Both the position numbers and the translations under genes were made by a program. From NCBI GenBank assembly GCA_040767195.1, contig JAXGPA010000007.1, positions 1 to 64,000 on the forward strand: a stretch of 64,000 nt of DNA, read 5' to 3'. This document shows positions 9,766 through 17,959 of the stretch, piece after piece (the stretch's first letter is position 1; the number at the start of each line of letters is the position of its first letter). The notes under the pieces are model-generated. The model did not search any database, had not been told where the DNA came from, and saw only the letters and a program-made list of their open reading frames with translations. Source of the DNA: Syntrophales bacterium (GTDB taxonomy: Bacteria > Desulfobacterota > Syntrophia > Syntrophales > UBA6807).

Positions 9766-11418
9766 CTATGAGGAGGCTGTCAGAAAGGCCTGGAGGTTCA
9801 CTTTTTTGCCCTTGATGTCCAGTTTTTTGCGGATGTTGTCCCGGTGAAACTCGACGGATCTCACGGAGAGATTGAGGAGACAGGCGATGTCCTTTGTTCC
9901 CTTTCCCTGCCTGATCAGGTTGGACACCTTGAGTTCCATCGGTGTCAGGTGGACCCCCTTGAGGGAAAGATTCCGCACAAAAGGCGATACGATGCTGTTC
10001 AGGTTATTTTCCAGGACATCCATGAGGGAATCCCGCTCGTCATCCCGGCGGCAGTGCCGTGCTTTTTCCAAAAGCGGCAGGATCAGTTCCCTGACGTTCG
10101 TAATGACGTCTTCCTGGATTTCCTGCTTATCCTTTTCCAGGTTTCTCAGGAGAACCCTGAGGGCCGTGTTGGTCTCCTCGAGATAAACCGACTTGGCTTC
10201 CAGTTCTTTTTTGGCCGCCTCGATCTCCAGGGTGGCCCGGACCCGCTCCGAAATGTCCCGGGTCACGCCCACGATTCCCAGGGCCCGGCCTTCGGGGTCT
10301 CGAATGAAGGAGATCTTGATTTCCGTCCAGACGGTGGACCCGTCCTTGCGCTTCATTTCCAGTTCGAGGACCCGAATTCGCTCCTTTTCGCTCGCGGCGG
10401 ACTCTTCAAGGGCCAGTTCCTCCCGGAAATCCTTCATGGCGGCGGTCAGCGAGGCCGGGGTGAGGATTTCGTCGATCGACTGGTTCATGGCCTCGTCGGG
10501 AGTGTATCCCCGCAGTTTTTTCACGGAGGGGCTTACATAGGTTAAGCGAAGATTCATGTCCAGGATCCAGATCACGTCGGAGACCCTGTCCGCCAGGAGC
10601 CGGTATCGGGCCTCCCTTTCCTCCAGATCCCGGTTGAGCCGCCTGATTTCCGAGATGTCCAGGAAGGAGGCCACGCTTTTTGTGGTTTCAGGGATCATGG
10701 AAACGGTGATGAGGACATTTCTCTCCCCTCCTTTTTTGTCGACGAGGACGCACTCGTACGTTCCCGGGGGACCTTGCGGGTCACGGCGCCGTCTCCGGTG
10801 ATAGTCCACCATCCGCTCCATGTCCTGCGGGGCGATGAAGGAAGTCCAGCTCTTGCCGACCAGCTCTTCCCCCTCGTATCCGAATATCCTTCGAAATTCC
10901 TGGTTGACCAGGGCGAGGGTCATGTCTTCGTTGATGATGACCGTTCCCGATCCGGTTGTCTCGAAAATGGTTTGATAGAGTTTTTCGGAAAGGGTGAGGC
11001 TTTCCCGGAGGGTGACGTTCTCCGTAATGTCTTCCACCATTTCGATGGCCGCTTCCACGTTACCGGAAGACCCGATGACGGGGGACGCGATGATCCTGTA
11101 GTTTCTGAAACCGTCCCCCGCCGGGGTTTCGGTCACCGATTCATGGACCCGGCCGTCCTTCAGGGTGCGGTGGGTCGGGCAGTAAGGACAGATTTCGTTT
11201 CTCGGGGGGTCGTTGAAGCTTTTGTAGCAGATGGGCCGCTTCTTCGTGTCGATGCGGGGAAACCACTCACGCATTTTCCGGTTAAGCGTCAGGATCTCCA
11301 TGTCGGGGCTGATGAGAACCACCCCGATACCGATGTTTTCCACCAGGCTCCGGTATCTTTCTTCCGAAAGCCGGAGGGCTTCCTCAAATTTTTTGAGACG
11401 GCCGGTGTCTTTTTTCAT
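9766..11418 (-). CDS. PAS x3 - LuxR/NarL HTH one-component transcriptional regulator
   Basis: Three PAS/PAC repeats; C-terminal 'LTPMELKVSNLIRQGKGTKDIACLLNLSVRSVEFHRDNIRKKL'; no receiver domain. Confidence 0.9.
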   Translation of the reverse strand: MKKDTGRLKKFEEALRLSEERYRSLVENIGIGVVLISPDMEILTLNRKMREWFPRIDTKKRPICYKSFNDPPRNEICPYCPTHRTLKDGRVHESVTETPAGDGFRNYRIIASPVIGSSGNVEAAIEMVEDITENVTLRESLTLSEKLYQTIFETTGSGTVIINEDMTLALVNQEFRRIFGYEGEELVGKSWTSFIAPQDMERMVDYHRRRRRDPQGPPGTYECVLVDKKGGERNVLITVSMIPETTKSVASFLDISEIRRLNRDLEEREARYRLLADRVSDVIWILDMNLRLTYVSPSVKKLRGYTPDEAMNQSIDEILTPASLTAAMKDFREELALEESAASEKERIRVLELEMKRKDGSTVWTEIKISFIRDPEGRALGIVGVTRDISERVRATLEIEAAKKELEAKSVYLEETNTALRVLLRNLEKDKQEIQEDVITNVRELILPLLEKARHCRRDDERDSLMDVLENNLNSIVSPFVRNLSLKGVHLTPMELKVSNLIRQGKGTKDIACLLNLSVRSVEFHRDNIRKKLDIKGKKVNLQAFLTASS

Positions 11419-11770
11419 GGGCCCGCCTTTGCCTCTTTGGAAAAGCTCTCTTGAAATTCATCTCAAATATAACCTCTTTTTGTCCACAAAATTTTTCCCT
11501 GTCCGCCACGGGCCGGACGATCCCCATCCCAATCCCTGTAAACCTTCTCAAATCGCATCTTCCAGACCTCCTGTAACACCTTTGTCCGTCTCATTCGCCA
11601 CCTCCAGGAGCGGCCATCCTGAACCGGACAGATCACGTGTTACAAACCCGTACAGTTTACGTGTTACGGACACACGCGTTTCTGACAACTTGCGGGAAAA
11701 GAAATAAAAGGTATAATAAGAAAGTTGAGAGCCCGATAACGGGTAGGAAATAAAAAGGAAAGGACATGAA

Positions 11771-12241
11771 ATGAAAAAAGTGAAACCCATGAGTTTCGTG
11801 GCGGCCGTCTTCGCGGCGGCGCTTTTACTCGGGGTATCCGCCGCCTGGGCCGGCGAGGGGGGGCTTGTCAGCCTGCTCACCAGCCAGCTCGGCGTGACGG
11901 AGAACCAGGCCAGGGGAGGCGCCGGGGCCCTTTTCAGCTACGCCAAGGATAAGCTCGGCGCGTCCGATTTCGCCAAGGTGGCCGAGGCGGTCCCGGGGAT
12001 GGCGGGTTTCCTCGGCGCGGCCCCGAAAAGCGAAGGGGTGTCGGGCGCTCTCGGCGGCGCCTCGTCCCTGCTCGGCAAGGCAAAGGATTCCGGGGCCGGG
12101 ATCATGTCCCTGGCCGGACAGTTCGCCCAGGTCGGCCTCGGGGGGGACATGATCGGTAAATTTGTTCCCATCATCCTGTCCTACGTCAAGTCTTCCGGCG
12201 GTGATGCCGTCGCCGGCCTTCTGGCCGGGGCCTTGAAGTAA
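11771..12241 (+). CDS. DUF2780 family exported protein
   Basis: Signal peptide (AWA); 'LTSQLGVTENQARGGAGALFSYAK', 'MIGKFVPIILSYV'. Confidence 0.85.
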   Translation: MKKVKPMSFVAAVFAAALLLGVSAAWAGEGGLVSLLTSQLGVTENQARGGAGALFSYAKDKLGASDFAKVAEAVPGMAGFLGAAPKSEGVSGALGGASSLLGKAKDSGAGIMSLAGQFAQVGLGGDMIGKFVPIILSYVKSSGGDAVAGLLAGALK

Positions 12242-12277
12242 TCATCACAGGAGCGGGCGGGAAATGAGCCTTGTCCC

Positions 12278-14080
12278 ATGACCCAGGAGATCGTCCTCGT
12301 TTTATCGGTTCTGGGAGCCACTGTTCTCGCTTTCGTGACGAACCGCCTGCGGGTGGACGTCGTCGCCATCCTCATCATGGTTCTACTCCCGTGGCTCGGC
12401 CTGATCGAGCCGCGGGAGGCCTTTTCCGGGCTGGCCAGCAATGCCGTGCTGGCCGTCATCGCCATCATGATCCTGGGCCACGGGGTGGACCGTTCCGGGG
12501 CCCTGAACCGGTTGATTCACCCCATTCTCCGGGCCGGCGGCCGCGAGGAAAAGCGTCTCATCCTTTTCATTTCCCTCACGGCGGGCGTTTTTTCGGCCTT
12601 CATCCAGAACGTGGGCGCCGCGGCCCTCTTTCTTCCCCTGGTGATCCGGATCGCCCGCAACACGGGCATCCCGTCGTCACGGCTTCTGATCCCCATGGGG
12701 TTTTCCGTCATCCTGGGGGGAAATATCACCATGGTCGGCTCCAGCGCCCTTCTTGTCCTCAACGACCTTCTCGACCACGGCGGGCAGCCGGTGTTCGGCC
12801 TTTTCGCCGCCGCGCCCGTGGGGGTCGCCCTGCTTCTTGTCGGGGCCCTCTATTTCTTCCAGTCCGGCCCGGTCCTTCTGCCCGCCAAGCCGAAGCCGGA
12901 AACCCCTGTCATGCGGTTTCAGCGCCACCTCGTGGAAACCTGGAAGCTCCCGACGACCATTTATCAGTGCGTCATCCCGGCGAAAAGTCCGCTCGTGGGG
13001 AAGACGCGGCAGGATGCGGAGATCTGGACTAAATACCGCCTCAACCTCCTGGCCATCGCCGAAAGCGACGATGTCCTCTACGCGCCCTGGCGGCACACGC
13101 CTTTCGTGGCGGGACAGAGGCTGGCCCTCCTCGGTGAGCGGGGAGACCTTCTCCGGTTCGTCAGCGAGAACGCTCTCCTTTTCCGGGAAGAGATGAGGCC
13201 TTTCGAGGATCTGCAGGCCGGGGGGCCTTCGGGTTTCGCCGAACTGGTCGTTCCGGTCAGGTCGCCGATGATCGGAAAAACCCTGCAGGAAATCGGTATT
13301 CGAAAAAATTACGGTGTCGAGCCGATCATGCTCCTTTCCGGGGACCGGGAGGAGCGGGGCGATTTCTTCTCCGATGCCGTCCTGCAGGCCGGGTCCACGC
13401 TGATCGTGCACGGGCTCTGGGAGCGGATGCACGCCGCGGCGGACAACATCCGTTTCGTCCTGGCGACCCCCATCGAGCAGGCGCCGACCAGGGAAACCAT
13501 CAAGCCCGCTGCCGCCGTCTTCTGCTTTGCCGCCGCCGTCGCGCTCACCCTGGCGGGCGTTCCCATCTCCCTCGGCTTTTTTACGGGAGCCGCCGCCATG
13601 GTTCTCATAGGGGTCGTTCAGATGGATGAAGCCTACCGGGCCATTGACTGGCGCACCGTCTTTCTGCTCGCCGGCCTGATCCCCCTGGGGCTCGCCATGA
13701 AGAAGACGGGGGCCGCCGAGTATCTCGCCGTTCACATCCTGAGCGCCCTCCAGGGGTGCCCCCTGATTTTCGTTCTCCTTACCCTCGCCGCCCTGACGAC
13801 CCTTTTTTCTCTCTTCATGTCCAACATCGCCGCTACCGTCGTCATGGTTCCCATCGCCATGCGCATGGGAGAACTCCTGGACGTGAGCCCCAGGGCGCTG
13901 GCCCTTCTCGTGGCCCTGTGCGCTTCCAATTCCTTCTTTCTCCCCACCCACCAGGTGAACGCCCTGATTCTTTCTCCCGGCGGATACAAGAACACCGATT
14001 TCTGCCGTATCGGGGGGCCTCTGACCCTCGTTTACCTTCTCGTGACCGTCCTCGTCATCCGGGTTTTTTATCTTTCGTGA
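12278..14080 (+). CDS. SLC13/CitMHS family permease with TrkA-C domains
   Basis: 'LRVDVVAI', 'SAFIQNVG', cytoplasmic TrkA-C pair, 'AYRAIDWRTVFLLAG', 'PGGYK'. Confidence 0.88.
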   Translation: MTQEIVLVLSVLGATVLAFVTNRLRVDVVAILIMVLLPWLGLIEPREAFSGLASNAVLAVIAIMILGHGVDRSGALNRLIHPILRAGGREEKRLILFISLTAGVFSAFIQNVGAAALFLPLVIRIARNTGIPSSRLLIPMGFSVILGGNITMVGSSALLVLNDLLDHGGQPVFGLFAAAPVGVALLLVGALYFFQSGPVLLPAKPKPETPVMRFQRHLVETWKLPTTIYQCVIPAKSPLVGKTRQDAEIWTKYRLNLLAIAESDDVLYAPWRHTPFVAGQRLALLGERGDLLRFVSENALLFREEMRPFEDLQAGGPSGFAELVVPVRSPMIGKTLQEIGIRKNYGVEPIMLLSGDREERGDFFSDAVLQAGSTLIVHGLWERMHAAADNIRFVLATPIEQAPTRETIKPAAAVFCFAAAVALTLAGVPISLGFFTGAAAMVLIGVVQMDEAYRAIDWRTVFLLAGLIPLGLAMKKTGAAEYLAVHILSALQGCPLIFVLLTLAALTTLFSLFMSNIAATVVMVPIAMRMGELLDVSPRALALLVALCASNSFFLPTHQVNALILSPGGYKNTDFCRIGGPLTLVYLLVTVLVIRVFYLS

Positions 14081-14248
14081 GCCGTTCGCGGTGTTCCGCG
14101 CCTCACCCCTATGAGGGGGCAGCGGAAGGCGCGGTTTTCCGTGGAATAATTCAGGGGTTGTGATAATAGAAAAAATCAGGGAGTCTCGCCCGAAAACCCT
14201 TTCCCCAGCGGGGGAAAGAGATCATAAAACGCCTCCTGGAGGGTTTTC

Positions 14249-16027
14249 TTGCCAAGCCTGAGCATTTTGCTTGTCCTGGCCATCGTCGCCGGGTCCACCG
14301 TTCTCTTCGTCTGGGGAAAACTCCGGGTGGACGTGGTGGCTCTCCTCGTCCTCGTATCCCTGGTTCTCACGGGGCTCATTGCGCCGGACCGGGCCCTTTA
14401 CGGTTTTGCCAGTCCGGCGACGGCCACGGTGGCGGCCATGTTCGTCCTCAGCGCCGGTCTCACGAGGACGGGGGTGATTCAGTGGATTTCCCGCCACCTC
14501 AACCGGCTGGCCGGAAAGGGAGAGCGGCGGCTTATCGTCGTCCTCTGCCTGGCCATCGCCTTTCTTTCCGCCTTTGTCGTCAACACGGCCATGGTGGCCA
14601 TATTCATCCCCGTGGCCATGGTCCTGGCCCGGGCACGCCGTATCTCGGCCTCCCGTGTCATGATACCCCTTTCCTACGCCAGCCAGTTCGGGGGGGTCTG
14701 CACCCTCGTGGGGACCTCCACCAACATCCTCGTCAATGCCATCGCCGTGAGTTACGGCATGGCGGCCTTCACCTTTTTCGAGTTCACCCGCCTGGGCCTC
14801 ATCATGGTGGGCGCCGGTATCCTTTACCTGTCCGTGGTGTCGCCTTACCTGCTGCCGAAACGGCGGGGGGAGGCGGAGCAGGTGGACAAGTACCGTCTCG
14901 CCGATTACCTTGCCGAGCTCTGCGTGTCCGAAAAGTCCCCCCTCATCGGGAAAACGTGGAACCGGGAGAAGGAAGGCGTGGAAGGAAAGGTGTCCCTCAT
15001 CAAGATCGTCCGCGGAAAAGAGGAGATAACCCTGCATCCCCGGACCCCCCTCCAGGCGGGGGATGTCCTCCTCATCCACGGAAACGTGGACAAGCTCATT
15101 GAAGTGAAAGAAAAGCTTGGCCTCGGCATCCAGAAGGACGTCATCATGAGCGACCGGCTTCTGGCTTCCGACAATGTCGAACTCATCGAGGTTCTTGTCC
15201 CCCCCCAGTCGGGCATTGCCGGGAGATCCCTCAAGGACGTGGATTTTTCGAGGCGATACGGAAGCGTCGTGCTCGCTCTCCAGAGAAGAGGGCGGATTCT
15301 CCGGGACCGCCTTTCCCAGATCGTGCTCGAGGCCGGCGACACCCTTCTCCTTCAGTGCGAAAAGAGCGACGTGCCCCGGATCCTCCGGTCCAGGAACATG
15401 ATCGTCACCAACGAGCTCACGGAACTTTACATCCGCCGCGACCGGGCATTCACGGCTGTCGTGATCCTTCTGGCCGTCGTCGCGCTGGCGGCCTTCCAGG
15501 TCGTTCCCATCCTCGTGGCGGCGATAACCGGCGCCTTCGCCATGGTGATCAGCCGCTGTCTCACCATCGAGGAGGCTTACGAGGCCATCGACTGGAAGAT
15601 CATCTTTCTTCTCGGGGGAATTCTGCCGCTGGGCCTGGCCATGGAGGAAACGGGGGCGGCCGCCTGGTTCGCCTCGGTCGCCCTCATGCCTGTGGGGGTT
15701 TACGGCCCTCTTGCCGTTCTCGCCCTCATATACGTCGTTACCGCCGTGCTGACGGAGATGATGTCCAACAACGCCGCCGCGGTGATTCTCGCGCCCATCG
15801 CCTTTTCGATGGCCACGGCCATGGGCGTGGATCCCCGGCCTTTTCTCGTGGCCATCGCTTTTGCCGCCTCGACGAGTTTCGCAACGCCCATCGGTTACCA
15901 GACGAACACCATGGTCTATGCGCCCGGCGGCTATCGTTTCCTGGACTACACGAGGATCGGCGTGCCCCTGAATGTCATTTTCTGGATTCTCGCCGTCCTT
16001 TTCGTGCCCGTTTTCTGGCCCTTCTGA
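14249..16027 (+). CDS. SLC13/CitMHS family permease with TrkA-C domains (second paralogue)
   Basis: 'SAFVVNTA', 'TLVGTSTN', TrkA-C pair, 'MSNNAAA', 'TPIGYQTNTMVYAPGGYRF'. Confidence 0.9.
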   Translation: MPSLSILLVLAIVAGSTVLFVWGKLRVDVVALLVLVSLVLTGLIAPDRALYGFASPATATVAAMFVLSAGLTRTGVIQWISRHLNRLAGKGERRLIVVLCLAIAFLSAFVVNTAMVAIFIPVAMVLARARRISASRVMIPLSYASQFGGVCTLVGTSTNILVNAIAVSYGMAAFTFFEFTRLGLIMVGAGILYLSVVSPYLLPKRRGEAEQVDKYRLADYLAELCVSEKSPLIGKTWNREKEGVEGKVSLIKIVRGKEEITLHPRTPLQAGDVLLIHGNVDKLIEVKEKLGLGIQKDVIMSDRLLASDNVELIEVLVPPQSGIAGRSLKDVDFSRRYGSVVLALQRRGRILRDRLSQIVLEAGDTLLLQCEKSDVPRILRSRNMIVTNELTELYIRRDRAFTAVVILLAVVALAAFQVVPILVAAITGAFAMVISRCLTIEEAYEAIDWKIIFLLGGILPLGLAMEETGAAAWFASVALMPVGVYGPLAVLALIYVVTAVLTEMMSNNAAAVILAPIAFSMATAMGVDPRPFLVAIAFAASTSFATPIGYQTNTMVYAPGGYRFLDYTRIGVPLNVIFWILAVLFVPVFWPF

Positions 16028-16093
16028 ACCGTCGAGCGGGGCACCGCGACCGGTCGTTTACGGCGCCCTTCGTTTTCAACGTGTGAGTACGCC

Positions 16094-17959
16094 ATGAAGG
16101 AACCTTTTTTGCCCGTAACCAGGCAGGACCTTCGGTTTCGAGGATGGGACGGGCTTGACATTCTTCTCGTCACGGGGGACGCCTACGTGGATCACCCGGC
16201 CTTCGGGGCCGCCGTCATCGGGCGGGTCCTGGAAAACGCCGGGTTCCGGGTGGGCGTCATCGCCCAGCCGGACTGGCGGACGCCGGCGGATTTCACGAGG
16301 CTCGGCCGTCCCCGCCTTTTCGTCGGGATTACCGCGGGGAACGTGGACTCCCTCGTGGCGAACCGCACGGCGAACAAGCGGCCCCGGATAAAAGACGATT
16401 TGAGCCCGGGAGGGAGGCCGGGCCTGCGGCCGGACCGGGCGACCATCGTGTACGGGAACCGGGTCCGGGAAGCCTTTCCGGGGATTCCCGTCGTCCTCGG
16501 CGGGGTCGAGGCCAGCCTCCGCCGCATCGCCCACTACGATTACTGGGAAAACTCCGTCCGCCGGTCCCTGCTTCTCGACGCCCGGGGAGACATCCTGGTG
16601 TTCGGGATGGGGGAAAGGCAGGTCGTCGAGATCGCCCGGCGGCTGTCCGGCGGGGAAGACGTGACGGCTCTCGACGGCATTCGGGGCACCGCCGTCGTCC
16701 GGAAAGACCTGGGGAACCTGGGGCCCGTGGTCAGCCTGCCCTCCTTCGAAGACGTCCAAAAGGACCCGGCGGCTTTCAACGAGGCCGTCCGCCTTCACCG
16801 CCATGAACAGGACCCTGTCCGGGGCAAAACGGTGGCCCAGGGACACGGGGACCGCTTCGTCGTCCAGTTCCCGCCTTCCCCGCCCCTGGAAGGGATCGAA
16901 CTCGACAGAATCTACGAGCTTCCCTACCGCCGGGAATGGCATCCCTCCTACAGCGGGGACGGCGGCGTCAAGGCCCTGGAGACGGTTCGATTTTCCGTCG
17001 TTTCCCATCGCGGGTGCTGCGGGGACTGCCATTTTTGCGGCCTCTCTCTCCACCAGGGAAGGATCGTCGGCAGCCGGAGCCCGGCCTCCCTCATCGGCGA
17101 GGTGCGGTCCCTGGCCGGGCGGGAAGATTTCCGGGGAACCATTACCGATGTGGGCGGTCCCACGGCGAACCTCTACGGGGCAACCTGTTCCCGATGGAAA
17201 GGGAAGGGCCCTTGCCACGACAGGGGCTGTCTCTTCCCGGAAAAATGTGAACGTCTTCGCCCGGGATACACAGAATCCCTTCGCCTGCTGAAGGCCTTGA
17301 GAGAAATCCCCGGCGTTCGCCACGTTTTTCTTGCCAGCGGCTTCCGTTACGATCTTCTCGTTCCCGGGGAGGCGCACGGTTATTTCGAGACGGTTCTCCG
17401 GCATCACACGAGCGGCCGGATGAAGGTCGCCCCGGAGCACGTATCCCCGCGTGTTCTTGACATGATGGGAAAACCGGGCCCGGAGGTTTATGAAACGTTT
17501 CTCCAGGTTTTTGAAAAGCTGAACGAAAGGCTTCCCGAGAGACGTTATCTCGTCAACTACTTTTTGAGCGCCCACCCGGGCGCGGGCCTCGGGGAGGCCC
17601 TGGATCTCGGATTGTATTGCCTGAACCGTCGCCTTCACCCCGAACAGGTCCAGGACTTCATTCCCCTGCCCATGACGGTTTCGGCGGCCATGTATCACAC
17701 CGGTTTTCACCCCCTCACCGGCGCGGCGGTCCATGTCCCCCGGTCATTCAGGGAAAGGAAAATGCAGCGGGCGCTCGTTCAGTACAAAAACCGCGCCGGC
17801 CATCCCCTGGTCCGGGAAGCCCTGGAAAAACTCGATGCTCGTCACCTGGAAAGGCTGTTTTCCGAGGGATCCCGGAGAAATACCGGGAAACAGAGTCAAC
17901 AGGGGAGCAAAAACGACCGCCGCCGCCGTCGCCCTTCTCCTCACGGGTCGCCGCGGTAG
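16094..17959 (+). CDS. ygiQ: YgiQ family radical SAM protein (UPF0313)
   Basis: 'VTGDAYVDHPAFG', 'HRGCCGDCHFC' (CxxxCxxC), 'DVGGPTANLY', 'QVQDFIPLPMT'. Confidence 0.92.
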   Translation: MKEPFLPVTRQDLRFRGWDGLDILLVTGDAYVDHPAFGAAVIGRVLENAGFRVGVIAQPDWRTPADFTRLGRPRLFVGITAGNVDSLVANRTANKRPRIKDDLSPGGRPGLRPDRATIVYGNRVREAFPGIPVVLGGVEASLRRIAHYDYWENSVRRSLLLDARGDILVFGMGERQVVEIARRLSGGEDVTALDGIRGTAVVRKDLGNLGPVVSLPSFEDVQKDPAAFNEAVRLHRHEQDPVRGKTVAQGHGDRFVVQFPPSPPLEGIELDRIYELPYRREWHPSYSGDGGVKALETVRFSVVSHRGCCGDCHFCGLSLHQGRIVGSRSPASLIGEVRSLAGREDFRGTITDVGGPTANLYGATCSRWKGKGPCHDRGCLFPEKCERLRPGYTESLRLLKALREIPGVRHVFLASGFRYDLLVPGEAHGYFETVLRHHTSGRMKVAPEHVSPRVLDMMGKPGPEVYETFLQVFEKLNERLPERRYLVNYFLSAHPGAGLGEALDLGLYCLNRRLHPEQVQDFIPLPMTVSAAMYHTGFHPLTGAAVHVPRSFRERKMQRALVQYKNRAGHPLVREALEKLDARHLERLFSEGSRRNTGKQSQQGSKNDRRRRRPSPHGSPR

